A stretch of 63,467 nt of DNA, counting the filler, from Reticulomyxa filosa (taxonomy: Eukaryota; Protista; Foraminifera), in NCBI GenBank assembly GCA_000512085.1. It is 18 parts of 18 records of this genome, joined end to end, with 100 filler letters (N's around TTAATTAATTAA, not from the genome) between each part and the next. Parts side by side here need not be neighbours in the genome. Positions count along the whole stretch, not along the records: positions 39,498 to 45,638 come from ASPP01014318.1; positions 45,739 to 46,803 come from ASPP01013217.1; positions 46,904 to 48,927 come from ASPP01000392.1; positions 49,028 to 51,977 come from ASPP01023387.1; positions 52,078 to 53,440 come from ASPP01048831.1; 13 more parts are not named here. The stretch is one strand, 5' to 3'. The stretch's first letter is position 1. Each line of letters opens with the position of its first letter. Made by a program: the position numbers and the translations under genes. The notes beneath the pieces are model-generated. The model was given only the letters and a program-made list of their open reading frames with translations, was not told the origin of the DNA and made no database searches. Below are positions 39,592 to 52,825 of this stretch, piece after piece.

Positions 39592-40899
39592 GTGAATGAC
39601 ACTACTGATATTTCACAAAATATTTGGGAAAAGTTTTTCAATGATGATAATATTTCAAAATATGTACTGAGAAGAGTTAGCGATAATAAATATCAGTTTT
39701 TACATAAATCATGTCGAGAATATTATGCTGCACAAAAAATTGTAATTGATATCATTTCATGGAAGCCAAGTATGATCGGTGATATAAATAATATTAATAA
39801 CCAACAATTTCAACAACAATTTGAAGTATATGCTCATCAACTAATTATCAATCGGAAATTATTAAATGACGAAATGGGAGTTATTCAATTCATTGCAGAT
39901 AGAATTCATGATAATAAATCAATATTTATCAATTTGAAGTCACGATTGTTAGGAATTATTGAATGTTCTAAAAATAATTCAAAAGTATCTATTGCAGCAA
40001 CAATACTCAATGCAGCAAGAGTTAGCATGAATAATCGAAGTTGGGATAAGATAAATATACCATATGCCATTCTAGATTATGCTTTCCTCGAAGGAACAAG
40101 TCCCAAAGAGGCTATTTTAGATAATGTAAGCTTGCTTAGGGCTTGTCTCAGCTACACCGATTTCACAATAGCATCAGTAAATCAAGTCAACTTTGGTGAA
40201 TATTGTTATCTTAAAGGTCATTCAGGTAATGTCAATTCCGTTCGATTTTCACCTGATGGAAGAAAAATTGTATCTGGTTCAAAAGATAAAACTATTCGAT
40301 TGTGGGATTTGTCATCAGGAAAACAAATCCAATCTTTAAAATGTCATACAAATTATGTTTGTTTTGTCCATTTTTCACATGATGGTAACATGATTGCGTC
40401 CGGCTCAGGTGATAAGACCATTCAATTGTGGGACGCATCTTCAGGAAAACAAATTCAATCTTTAAAAGGTCATTCTGATTTTGTTATTTCTGTTCAATTT
40501 TTACCTAATGATAGCATGATTGTATCAGGTTCATGTGATAATACCATTCGATTGTGGGACGTATCATCAGGAAAACAACTTCAATCTTTGGAAGGTCACA
40601 CAAATCACGTCAATTCTGTTCAATTTTCGTCCAATGGCAACATAATTGTGTCTAGTTCAGATGATCATACCATTCGGTTATATGATATTTCGGTCGATTC
40701 AAGTTTGGTTCACTTTTCAGTTGATGGCGAAACATCTCTGTTGCATCCACACAATGAAAGGAAATGTTTACGGAAATGTATTTGGCAAGGTGGTGTCCAA
40801 AAAACTGTTTTATCATTGAGGGGAAGTACTTGGAAAGATGCAAAAGGTTTAACTTTGTTGCAGCTGTCTGTTGTTGAACAATATGGTGGAAGTTTTTGA
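39592..40899 (+). CDS. C-terminal part of NACHT-type protein: post-NTPase region + pentapeptide repeats + WD40 repeats (5'-partial)
   Basis: KYQFLHKSCREYYAAQKI, AATILNAA, pentapeptide-like ILDYAFLEGT..AILDNVSLLRACLSYTDF, then four GH...SPDG..IVSGS.DKTIRLWD-type repeats. Confidence 0.88.
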   Translation: MNDTTDISQNIWEKFFNDDNISKYVLRRVSDNKYQFLHKSCREYYAAQKIVIDIISWKPSMIGDINNINNQQFQQQFEVYAHQLIINRKLLNDEMGVIQFIADRIHDNKSIFINLKSRLLGIIECSKNNSKVSIAATILNAARVSMNNRSWDKINIPYAILDYAFLEGTSPKEAILDNVSLLRACLSYTDFTIASVNQVNFGEYCYLKGHSGNVNSVRFSPDGRKIVSGSKDKTIRLWDLSSGKQIQSLKCHTNYVCFVHFSHDGNMIASGSGDKTIQLWDASSGKQIQSLKGHSDFVISVQFLPNDSMIVSGSCDNTIRLWDVSSGKQLQSLEGHTNHVNSVQFSSNGNIIVSSSDDHTIRLYDISVDSSLVHFSVDGETSLLHPHNERKCLRKCIWQGGVQKTVLSLRGSTWKDAKGLTLLQLSVVEQYGGSF

Positions 40900-42743
40900 G
40901 ATCTTATTGGGAAATGATTATTTTGTGCTGGTCTTTGTTGTTGTTATTTTAATGACTTATTCATTTTTTTGACAAGATCTTTTGGTTGTGCATTTGATTT
41001 GAAATGATAGTTATGAAATCAGCAAAAACATTTTCATTTTTGTTCATGTCAAAAGTTACTATACAAATTTGAGAGAAAAAAACGTAAAATATGATAATCT
41101 TCTTACATTATAAAATGTTATTTTTTTGTTTTCCATTTATTTTCTTTTTTGGTTGCGGTATAACAAACAATTGCTCATAAACACAAAATTAATATTTGTG
41201 TCCATCAAGCATTTTTTATTGATGCTATCCCCAAATAAGAATTTAACCATTTAATGTGAAGCAATGTGATGAGTTTACAAAGTGAATAGCTTTACAAATA
41301 CTTTTAGATTGAAAGTCTATGCGAAAATTGGCAAAACACTTTAAGGTTGTCCAAAATTGGAAAAATGCGTTTCAACAAACGGGAATATCAACAAAAAGCA
41401 TGGATCAGTAAGAAAATCTATTTTAAGTGATAAAATGCGCAGCCGTGTAGTTGGTAACTGATAAGTGTGAAACTGCAAAAGACATAAAAAGAGAACCAGA
41501 AAAAACTGACAGCATATACTTACATCACACATAAAAGATTCTTTTAAACACAAGTGTAAACGTTTGTTAAATAGATTATTTGTTCTTTACAGTTTGATAT
41601 AGATGTAATAAAAAAATTTTTGTTACAAAAAAAAAATCATACTGTAAAAGCAATCTAAAAAAATTGAACATAAAACCTTTCAAATAAATGCAAGATAAGA
41701 TATTACAACATATATGAAAGATAGTATGTGATTTGTTCTATGTATATACAAAATTATTTTTACTTTAGCTCTTTTCAATAAAGATACACAAGTCAAATAC
41801 TAAAAAAAGCTATCTTTTTTTTGGTGTACTGTTTTTTTTGCAAACTACTGTAGTAATTTTGTAATTTTATTATTTTTGATGCAGAAAAGATATGACACTC
41901 CAACTTAAAAAAATCATAATTGTATCCCGTACTTTTGCCTTGAAAACTTTAAGAATGCAGTATTACGTCAAATGACTATAAGATTTCGTCTTTCTTTTTT
42001 AGCTTAATCCAACAAAATCATTTTTACTATTTTTAAAACTTATTTTCCCGCTACAGATTCACTACAATACTTTTTGAAATGTATCAGATTAACATGAAAA
42101 TAAAAGAAGAAGGATGTCCAAAGGTGCCTCTAGTAAAACATCATTAAAACTAGATCTGTAAATTGTTTGATAAATCTCGATTTTTTGTAATTTTGAATTA
42201 CTTTAGTTTTTGGCTGTCAATAGTTTGAGTTTACGAGTATTTTAATATTTCAATTATGGAATAAGTCTATATTTGAACGAAAATCAATAGCATTGCGTTC
42301 ACCAACATTCAATACAAAAACATAATGATCTTTCATTTGAGATAGACAATGAAAGCCGAAGAGTTAAATGCAATAATTGTGTTCTGCCCAACGTTAGCAA
42401 AAGCATACTTGATTGGTTTGTTGAAAATATTCTGGGGAGAAGCCCAAAATATCATCTATTTCAAACTCAAACGAGAAAAAAAATAAAACCGAATCCAACA
42501 GCTGTCTGCATCGAAACAATAAAGTGCACGCAAGTTTGTGAAGCAGCCTTTACAAAAAATATTGACAGTGAAACGAAACAAAATAGCAATAACAACAAAA
42601 TTAGAAAAATGACAAAGCATGGAATCGGTCCTGTTGTCAAAGTGTCACACGCAATAGTACAGTGCTAAAAGAAAAAAAAAAAGTTTTAACAGATTTTTTT
42701 TTTTTTTGTGATAAGAACATAGTTTACATACCACGAAAAAAAT

Positions 42744-43440
42744 TCAAAACTTCGATTGAGTTATTTCGTGCTTTTTCACTGTTCTGTGAAAGATGTATGT
42801 ATTCATTTTTGTTAAAATGAGGAAAAGAAAAAAAAAAAAAACAAAAAACGTACAAGTACCTTGTTGATGTTCAATAGCATTATGATCTGACGCTGTTGGT
42901 TTTTGATTTTGTTTTTTTTTATCCTTTGATGACTTGTGCTGTCTTTTGTTTTTCTTTTTTGGTTGATCGCTACGTTGGTGAATGGAATGAGTGTTCCCCA
43001 TCAAATGGCTGTCATTGGAATGCTTTTCAAAGTTTGGCTGCTGCCGGTGTTGGCTCGTATTTACGCCAGTGGGGCAATCAAAGATGGGAGGATTTGAAAG
43101 CTCTTTTCTCTGTCGGACGTCACGTTCGGGAGTTGACGCTAATGTCTCCCTCGCATTGGACTTCCAGTCTTCATGCTGATGCGCTTTCTTATCTTTCAGC
43201 TTGTCGCGGTCATTGCCATCATTTGCAATGTTTTTGTGGTGATGATAGTGGTGGGGTTGGATGTAAGGACGAAACGATTTATAATTGCTTTGATTGCTCC
43301 AGTCTTTTGTTCGTTCGTTGTTTTTTTGATAGCCCGAGGGATGTCCATAGTTTGGATTACGTATATCCCGATAGGAGTGCGAGTTCACATTTCTGTTTTG
43401 TTATTGTAACAAAATAATAATAATAATAATAATAATAATG

Positions 43441-43473
<33 letters not shown>

Positions 43474-45638
43474 GCATATATACATATATTCATTATCATT
43501 ATTATTATTATTTTATTATTTATTATTATTTGAAAACTTTTCTTGTGTTAATCGTTGTTCCCACTCATTCAAATCTGGGTGCCTTGGAGGATTTCGATTT
43601 GGCAATGGCAAACCTTCTCTGCTCTTTTTGTTCCTTAATCCCTTCAAAAATGGTCGCATTTGATTGACTAGCTTGGGCGTCATGTACAAATATGTGCCGT
43701 GCATTTCGTCTTGTCGCCGAGTGACGCCGATTGCGCACAGATGATCTTCGAGACTGAGTCTGTCCACGCCAAAGGCGGAGTGGCCTTTCATGGCGTGGCC
43801 TGCATTCGAAGGCGTAAACGCGGTCTTTTCATTCAGGTGTTCGCCGTCATTGTGATCTGCTGTTGGCTGTTTGCGCTATTGAAAAACGCGTTGCCTTCCA
43901 TGGTGCCATTTGCGCCTTTGTTGCCATTTCTCGTTGCGGACGCATGGAAGCGTTTGTCTCCCAGCACAATGGCGGAGTCGTGGCCGACGATATAATTTGA
44001 AGACATTTGTGCATGATCAATATTTGATTGGGTGTTCTTGTCTTCATTTCTGTCTCTGTCATTTTGACCATAGTATCGTCCGTAACCGTAATGGATCGAA
44101 CTGTGGATATGATCTGTTGCTGTGTTGCCACTGGTCACATGACTTGCATAATAATAGTGACTATCGTCACTGTTCTCCGTATTGTGTTTATTGGTGTTAT
44201 TGCTGTTGTTATTGTTATTGTTATTATTATTATTGTTATTGTTATTGTCATTATTGTTGTTCATGTCGTTCAACTCGTTGCGGTTGGAATACAAGCCCAT
44301 TTTGGAGTTACCTGCGTCTGCAACTGGTCGAGGAATGGTCGTTGAAACATAGTTGTTGCCGGTCACAAACTTTTGCGGCATTTGCATCTATGTTGTAACA
44401 TGTCGCAAGTGCAAAGGGGTGCCACTTCTTTCTTTCTTTTTCGTTTCCAAAAAAAAAAAATAAATGTACACACATATATACACACACACACATACAATAA
44501 CGTACGTTTGAAGTGAACAATGGGTTCAACCAGGGTTGAAAAAGTTAGGATTGTTGGCGTTGTCATCATTGGTATCGTTGGCATCGTTGGCATCGCTGCA
44601 GTTATTGGAAGCAGTTTCATTCCAAAGTGTGTTGGATGATGATGATAAGTGATGAGCATGATTATTTGAATTGTTATTATTATTGTTATTGTTGTCCATG
44701 TCAATGACATTGTCCAGTGGAGTATGCATTGGCATTACTCCGAGCGAAGAGGACGAGACATCCGGGACGGCTGCAGGCGCGCCTGAGGGACTGATGTAGG
44801 GCATGTAATTCATCATTGCAGCAGGACTATAGGAAGACGTCAACGTGCTAAAAGGCGGAACAAAGGCAGGGAGTGGCGGATGGAGTGCTGAGGGATTGCT
44901 CGTGTCGTTGAGAATCACACTTGGGGGTCCTCGACTTGGCAATGCGCGAGTGGGATTTACATTCGCGTTTGCATTGACATTGATATTGATATTGGTATTG
45001 GCATTGGCATTGGCATTAACATTTGCATTAGCGTTAGCGTTAGCGTTTGCATTGACATTGATATTGATATTCATGTTCATATTCATGTTATTAGACAAAA
45101 ACCGTGGCATGGCCTTGGTAAACTTCAAAGGAAGACCGGCTGCCATCGTTTCTTGTGCAGGACGCTTCAGCTCCACTTGCACATACGACTGCTTCTCTTC
45201 CGTGCTCAGCGTATTGCTTGACACATTTTTTATCATTGTTCCTTTTGCCATCATTTCTGCAATCAACGGTGATACCTAAAATACATTTTTACAAAGTGTT
45301 TTTCAAATGAAGACATAATGTGAATCTTTACTATTTGCCAAACAAATATGCAAACATATACATATATATGTATATGTGTATATGTGTATATATATAGATA
45401 TGTGTATAACTTGTGAATTGGACAAGGTAGTAGTAGTAGTAGTAGTAGTACTGGTGTTTCCAAAATTGGATTTATTGGGGATTCTGACGACCTCGGGTTT
45501 TCGCAAGAGTTTTTTTTTGTATTGGTGGGATGATCAGGAGATTGGGAAAGTGACAGAGAATTGGAGTGAACAGTATCGTCATCAGTTCGATTGCTAGTGT
45601 CTTTGTCCTTTTCTTTCTCTTTATTCGAAGAAGAAGAA
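42744..45638 (-). CDS. Multi-exon low-complexity (N/P/H-rich) hypothetical protein, 5'-partial
   Basis: Collinear minus-strand ORFs 44526-45266, 43833-44387, 43516-43791, 42744-43388 are separated by (TA)n/poly-A introns. (NA)n and poly-N tracts present. Confidence 0.6.
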
Positions 45639-45738
45639 NNNNNNNNNNNNNNNNNNNNNNNNNNNNNNNNNNNNNNNNNNNNTTAATTAATTAANNNNNN
45701 NNNNNNNNNNNNNNNNNNNNNNNNNNNNNNNNNNNNNN

Positions 45739-46803
45739 AAAGCTAGTCCGCTGGTTGGCCGTGGTCAGTCTGCTACTTGGCCTGGCACTGCCATCTCTGC
45801 ACAACCACTGCACAAACCGCGGCGTCGGACAGTGATAAGCCTGCCAGTGATAAAGCAGCGGTGCCGCTGCGTGAGCTGGCTAATATCGGCTCCAATCAAA
45901 TACCGCTGCTGAACAACAGGTTTCGTATTGATTTTGCGGTGGAAGAAATCACCATCGTGTTTTTCCGCAAAAAAGGTTCCCCTTCTGTGGTCTTGGTAAA
46001 ACCGGACGGCAGTAAAGTGTTTGCCCGCACGGCGAAAGAGCAGAACATGCAATGGTTTGATGATAAAACCTATGATCTGATCAAAATTAAAAATCCTACA
46101 CCGGGCCCCTGGCAGGCCGTTGGCGACATCCTGCCGGAAAGCCGCATTATGGTGCTGACCGATATCGATTTGCAGGTTGACCCACTGCCAAAAGATATGA
46201 TGCTGGGTGAACATTTAAAAGTGACGGCCCGTTTAACCAATGGCGGTAAACCGATTAATGCCCGCGATTTTCGCGATATTCTGCAACTTGATGTTTTGCT
46301 GATCAGTACGCAAAAACCGGAATACGACAATGCCAACTCGACGGTGATTGAATTCACCAAGTTTCTCGATGACGGCAAAAACTTTGACGAGCGGCCACGC
46401 GACGCCATTTTTACCGGTGAATTTAACTTAACGATGCAAGCCGGCGAGTGGGTGCCGAAATATATGTCACCACGCCGTTATACACCCGCGAGTTGCTGCA
46501 GGACCCGATTGTGGTTGTGCGCACACCGATTGAAACCAGTTATGTCGAAGCAAAAACGGAAGACGATAAGCATCTGGTCACTTATAAAGTGACTGAAGGG
46601 CCATTTGACCCTGATTCGCTGATGGTGCAGGGGCGGTTACGTTTCCCCAGCGGCGAAGTGCAAGGTTTTACCCTTAATGAAACGAAAGGCGACAGCCGGG
46701 TGCTGGAGGTGGTCAATGCCGGCACCGGTACCTATCGCATTGAGCAAATGATTTACGGCAAAACTAAAAGCGGCCGCGAAGTGGTGATTGCGCTGCCGGA
46801 ATA
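45739..46803 (+). CDS. Bacterial TIGR03503-family-like protein (Gammaproteobacteria), partial, frameshift at ~46462
   Basis: NQIPLLNNRFRIDFAVEEITIVFFRKKGSPSVVLVKPDGSK, DLIKIKNPTPGPWQ, FLDDGKNFDERPRDAIFTG. Roughly 50% GC, no introns, bacterial codon usage. Confidence 0.8.
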
Positions 46804-46903
46804 NNNNNNNNNNNNNNNNNNNNNNNNNNNNNNNNNNNNNNNNNNNNTTAATTAATTAANNNNNNNNNNNNNNNNNNNNNNNNNNNNNNNNNNNNNNNNN
46901 NNN

Positions 46904-48927
46904 TTGCAGTTCATTTTTTGGGGGGTTTCGTCGTTGGTTCAGCATCTAGTGTGTGCTTTGAGAGGTGGAAATGCTTTTAAACTTACCGTGTATCTTGTCC
47001 TCAGTTGCTTTAAGTGTACCGTGGTGCAAACTCCTGGTAACTGAGATAGTAACTCTTTTACTGGCAACGGGCGACTTGTGTGAGACGGTATCGATCCTTG
47101 TTTAGCCTTAAGAGTGTTCGAAGCTTTCGGGAAATTGGTATTCTCGAGGCAAATACTCGTTTTTTGTGATTGGCAGAACTCCGAGGGTCGGAAGGCGAAT
47201 AGCCATAAAACAAAAAACGCCAGATGATGGAGCAAAGAAAGCAGCATCAATCATCAGTCGAAGAAAAGAATATTGATGAAATCACATTTGGAAATGTGTG
47301 GAAGAAAAATATGCAAATTCGACGACAATGGTAAACATATTGTAAGGCAGCCAAGATGTGATATTTATCGTAAGACATTCGCTGCTGAACAAAAGAAAAA
47401 CGTGAAGAAGCAGTGATTAATCCTGAAATGAATGATATCTCATTCTTGCTAACCATTTTGGATATGTGCTTCCATCACAAAATATCACAATACAATCATC
47501 CAACGATACCAGAATCTGGTCTGATGTTGGTTCATTGAAGACTGCAAAAGGTGATTTATTCGGTTGTGGCATCATTGCAATTTGCATTGGTGGGATTGTA
47601 TGTGAATCAGGTTCGACTATCGGTACTCCAGCCTCAGCTGCGTGGATACATCCACGAGATAATACTGACAATTTACCAATCAATGAGATTTAATCCAATA
47701 CAAGATTATGGCCATTGAATCGACCTGACCATCTGATACAACTTCACTTCTTCTTGTTTTTGTCTCCATTCAAGAGGAAGAAGTTGTGATATTGAATGTG
47801 ATGCATTGCGTCTTATCAGCTGCAAGCAACATCTTCCATTTATTGGACCAAGTGGAAACTCCATCCAAATTTTCAATGCCTCAATAACTTCCTCTCTTGT
47901 GATATCACTTTGATGGATATCAAATGAACAAACATAATTATCATCCAATTCCAATGGTTTGGATATTGCCACTTTAAATTTAATTTCATCTTCAACCATT
48001 TCATAATGCTTTTCATCAACATCTTTTGGAGGCTGAGATGGTTCTGCAAATGTCTTTGCCAAAAGATAAGCTTTATCAGAATCAGACCTTGCCACTGAAT
48101 TTGTTTCTTTATTCACCCAATGCTGGAATAATACATATCTTGTTGGTAGGATCAATAGATTGCATCCAATTGTCAATGTTTCTTTTCGATCTCAATCTAA
48201 ATTGTTCCCATTTGTTGCTTCTCAGTTCCAAGTCTCAATCTTTTGTCTTCAATTCGTGGTGAAGACCACGTGGTTTTGATATTGGACGTAATTGGGAGAT
48301 GATCAAATTCAACATCTGTCCTCCAATTGCTAACAATGGAAGAATAGAAGATACACATAATGTAATATCAATGCTTGATGTCGCATTGTCTTTCATGAAT
48401 GTGTAATTAAATGGTAACGCGTTGATAATATGAAGTCCATTGGATACAATAAAATCGAGAATACTTTCACCCACATCGTCAGTATTTTGGTCCAACCATG
48501 CAGGATGATGTGCATTACAATCTCCTTCAATAACAATATGTTCTGTTATTTTCTGAGCAAATTGTAATTCTTGCTCGAATGCTTGTATGTTAAATTGATT
48601 ACACTGCAAGCTTCGATAGAAACTGCAGAATAACAATGGCTTTTTTTGATCAGGGCATGAAATTTCCACTCAACATGATTCATAATCAAATACATTAAAT
48701 CTCTTCGACATAATACTCCAGATCTACCTGTTTCACTCCAGTGATCTGAATCCTTCTTGCAATAAACAGATATGGGCCGCTTCTGATGCAAATTTTGTTC
48801 TAATATTTGGGCCTTAGAATAAAATCCTAGCGATGAGATTTCATCATCATCTGATTTCTTATTCTGCAGCCTTTGATCATTATTATTATTTAATCTTCCA
48901 ATGTCTCCTTGATTTCATCATGATACT
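46904..48927 (-). mobile_element. Degraded non-LTR retrotransposon (LINE) ORF2: APE endonuclease, pre-RT linker, RNase H remnant; RT core missing
   Basis: DHWSETGRSGVL, IVIEGDCNAHHPAW, SSIDITL (EEP endonuclease); SDSDKAYLLAKTFA and DITREEVIEALK (pre-RT); IVIFCDGSTYP, AALQYV..RICIF, IPSHT (RNase H). Many frameshifts. Confidence 0.85.
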
Positions 48928-49027
48928 NNNNNNNNNNNNNNNNNNNNNNNNNNNNNNNNNNNNNNNNNNNNTTAATTAATTAANNNNNNNNNNNNNNNNN
49001 NNNNNNNNNNNNNNNNNNNNNNNNNNN

Positions 49028-49227
49028 TTGATAATACAATTCGCTTTTGGGATATTCGATCAAATAAGAATAAATTTTATATGGTCAAAGGAGATAATGA
49101 AAAAGATAATGGAATATTGTGTCTTGAATTTGTTGTATTGAAAAAGAAAGAGAATAAAAAGAATGTTACATATAATTTGAAGTTGTGTTATGATTCATAC
49201 AAAGGTCCCATTCGTATTTGGGGATAA
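49028..49227 (+). CDS. 3' end of WD40 family gene
   Basis: DNTIRFWDIRSNKNKFYMVKGDNEKDNGILCLEF...LCYDSYKGPIRIWG* parallels the C-terminus of ORF 55715-56911. Confidence 0.85.
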
Positions 49228-49660
49228 TTTACTGTTTTGTCGAATTTACGTTAATTGTAGTGGCAATGCTAAACTTTGAAGTTTCTTCATTGCATTATAA
49301 AGGGGTTGAGCTTTATTTTTTTTCTGAGCTCGACAATGGTTTTAGGTTCATGTATTATGATTCTACGAAACAAAAAAATTGACATTTCTTTTTTGAAATA
49401 TGAAAATGTATAATGAAAAAAAAATAATTTTTAAATTAAAATAAGATGATAATTATTTAAAAAAGTGTTATGCATGTGTGATTTTTCGGACCCCCCATAT
49501 ATATAAATACATCAAAAAATCAAATTTATTGCTTTGATTTAGAAAAAATTGTTGAATGATTAGAGAAAATTTTATTTTATATATTTATTTTTTTCGATTG
49601 AAAGTGCAGAAACGAAATGAACGTGAATATAATGATGATATCATTATATTATCATATGAT

Positions 49661-49778
49661 CATATTATTTGCATGAAAGAAAAAACTGAATATTTTTTGT
49701 TGTCAGAATAATGATAATTTCTAGCTGTTTGTAGAACAAACGAGACAAGCAATGCAATATTGCGACCTATTTATGTTA
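49661..49778. repeat. Second copy of the dispersed repeat at 5692-5799
   Basis: Near-identical sequence, same orientation. Confidence 0.85.
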
Positions 49779-50894
49779 TTCTCAGTTTGTACATGAGAAT
49801 GAATGATACTTTTGATTTCAAATTACTTCTCCGGACATGATTACTTACGACAATCTTCGTAAGCTAATGAGCAATTTGAATTTAATTTGAAAAGAAAATG
49901 ATACCTGAATCCGTTCTTTATTTTTCCTTTTATTTTTTCGTGATTTTTTATTTGCTGCGTTCGACAAGTTCTAGTAATAAAACTTTTTGTATGAAATTAT
50001 CGCAAATGAGAAAATATTTGAATTTATTGTCAATTCAATTATCATATTTATTTTTGTAACTTGTTTAAAAAAGTGATCATTCATAATTAAATTCAAATCA
50101 TCAAAACCATTTCAATAAAATAAAAAAAACATTGTTGTGAAAATCGATTAAAACAGTAGAAGAAATGAGTGCAAATTATTTTTGTTTTGTGGCTAATGAA
50201 GAATTCATTTGAGTGTACACGCAAATTCTTTTGTTGGATTTTATTCAACTTCTGTTGTCTTAGCAATAGTGTATCCACTTCTTCAAATCAAGTAACAAAA
50301 AAGAATATATGTTTCCACTAAAAATGGATTTGTCTCGTTGGTTGCTGGAAATTACTTCCAGGCCACAAACGACGACAAGACTGATGGCATTGCCAAACAA
50401 GTATATGCCAATTTGAAAGCTGGAGAAGACAAGCTTCTAATAGCTTGAAGCATAACAACACAGAATTGCATTTGAATTGTCTGCAAAAGGGGAAAAAAAC
50501 TTTTGTTTTGTTTCGTTTTTCGCTAAGAAGAAAGGCTCTCTTCAAACTTTTTTTTGGCAGTTATTATATTTACTATTGTCATGTAGAAACAATGAATCAA
50601 ACATTTACATCATTCTTAAAGTGTAGTCAAACGTTTACCAAAAAAAAATAATAACATAAAGACAAACTAACCTCTGAATGTCGAACAAATACAAGATAAA
50701 GTCTTATTTTAAAAAAATAAGACAAGGATATGCTAATAAAAGCAAAGACAAAACTTGGATGTGAAAGGCGCACCAAAAAAGTTTAATACATATATAAAAA
50801 AAAATTCATCGGCCTTTGAGAATCACTAGCTTGCCCTTTTGCCACAATTTGTTTCAAAGTTGTGACAATAATTTAAGTAGAAAGGCCGTGTAGT

Positions 50895-51977
50895 ATGCAA
50901 CCACCTTCTCTTCCTCCAATGGCGCCGCTGGTCCCACTAGCCCCTGTAAGTAGCGGAGCACCACCAATGGTAGTGCCTCCGACCTACTATCAGCCACCGC
51001 CAAGTCACGTGTACCCCCCAGTGCAAATGAATCCCGCCATCTCAGGTTTGGTGCCACCACCGATGATGAATCCCCAGTACATTTCACCAGTGCCAATGGC
51101 CTCCGCTCCAAACGCCTACAGTTTATTATTATTATTATTATTATTTTTTATTAATTTTTTAATTTAAAAAAAAAACAAACAAGCAAACTGAACACACCAC
51201 ACATACAAAAAAAAACAACACACACACATAGTGATGCAACAAATGGCAATACAACGAGCAGTATGCACTGACAGTATTTTTTGTCACCCTGTTTACTTAT
51301 TGCCTTCTTTTTTTGTCAGTTGCAAAAAGAGTTGATTTAAAATGGAAAACCTCCTCCCTCCCCCCTTTTTTTTTTGTTTGTTTTGATTTCAGGTGTTGCG
51401 AAATGCCGCGATGGCGAGTATGGTAGCACAGCATCAAAGTACATTGCATCAGCAGCCGTCCACACAAGCGCAATCACAAGTGCAAATGCAATCACAATCA
51501 CAATTACAATCACAATTACAATCACAATCGCAAGCGCAAGTGCAGACACAAACGCAGTCGCAAAGCGGAAAGACCCATCAGATAACGTTGAATGCACCAA
51601 ATGTGACGTCCACACCATCAGCATCAGCATCAACATCAACATCAACATCAATGTCAGCATCGTCATCGATATCGACGACGTCATTGCCAAGCGGCAAAGC
51701 AACAACGACGAATGCAGGAACAGCGGCGACATTGCCGAACCGACGGATCGAAGACGAATTGAAATTGTTAAATATACATATAGAACTTCATGTGTTGTTG
51801 TGGGTTGGTCATTTATGTGCGGATATTGACAATGAGTTTTTTTTGCAAATACTCGAAGCTTGTGGCAAAGTCATTGAATGGAAACGCATGAAAGACACTT
51901 TTGGCTTTGTTACATATGCTCATCCCTCTGGCGCCGCGAGGTGTATGGAGTTATTGAACAATCGCAAATTGTACGAT
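50895..51977 (+). CDS. RBM25/Snu71-like RNA-binding protein (Pro-rich N-terminus, Q-rich linker, RRM), 3'-partial
   Basis: LWVGHLCADIDNEFFLQILEACGKVIEWKRMKDTFGFVTYAHPSGAARCMELLN resembles the RBM25 RRM. Confidence 0.75.
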
Positions 51978-52339
51978 NNNNNNNNNNNNNNNNNNNNNNN
52001 NNNNNNNNNNNNNNNNNNNNNTTAATTAATTAANNNNNNNNNNNNNNNNNNNNNNNNNNNNNNNNNNNNNNNNNNNNTATTAAAAAGACAAAAACAGTTA
52101 TAAATATTTTTTCTTTGCAAATTGCTTGGTTTCAATGAAATAAGTTATATTTGTGATAAGACTTGACTCGACATTATATTATTGTTATTGGCATTTTTAT
52201 TGCGATAATACTTTTTCTTTCATTTCCTTAAATTTACTATCATACTTACAAATATAAAACCAACAATTTTTTCAAATACTTCAATATCCTGCATTTTAAT
52301 TAATTTTTAACTTCTTCACTTTTCAAATACAAATAAAAA

Positions 52340-52825
52340 AGAAAGTTGACACCTAAAATGGCACTTTATGAAGATGATTGATTTTCTCCATGAAAAAACA
52401 ACATTAAATCAATTTTTTTTTTATTTTTAAAAAAATATATACAAATCGTGTAGTTTTAAAATATCATTTTGTTTTTAGTCTTTCGAAATTTTTTCAAAAA
52501 TTTAAATTTTTTTATCAACCTCTTTTTGCAAATTTAAGCTCGCAAAGCGTTTAATTATATACTTATTATTTCAAATACAATTACATCAAACTTTTTTTAT
52601 TAAAACAGAATGATCATTGCAAAACATGGTACAAACAATAAAATTCAAAACAAAATTTTCGCAAGGTATTTTTCAAAAATGCTTAAAAATTGGCAAATTT
52701 CATGACTACGAGAAAAACATGATTGTTGAAAATTTCAAAAAATCAAATGAAAGATTCAAATTTTTGAAAAAATTTCGAAAGATAAAATAAAATTAAAACG
52801 TTATTTAAAAACTACACAATTCGTA
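52340..52825. mobile_element. MITE-like/foldback remnant with imperfect inverted repeats (52441-52510 vs 52753-52825)
   Basis: ctttcgaaattttttcaaaaattt vs aaatttttgaaaaaatttcgaaag, and gtgtagttttaaa vs tttaaaaactacac. 52340-52460 also resembles the reverse complement of 29640-29750. Confidence 0.55.

Noticed and set aside
43910-45279. Cys/Tyr-rich, poly-Ile/Val and (LA)n ORFs on the + strand (similar cases at 6612-7106 and 51337-51829)
   Set aside because: Shadow frames of AAT/AAC and hexamer microsatellites in the real genes.
50260-50450. PEBP-like C-terminal fragment (LVAGNYFQA)
   Set aside because: One short motif with no upstream domain in frame. Too weak to call.
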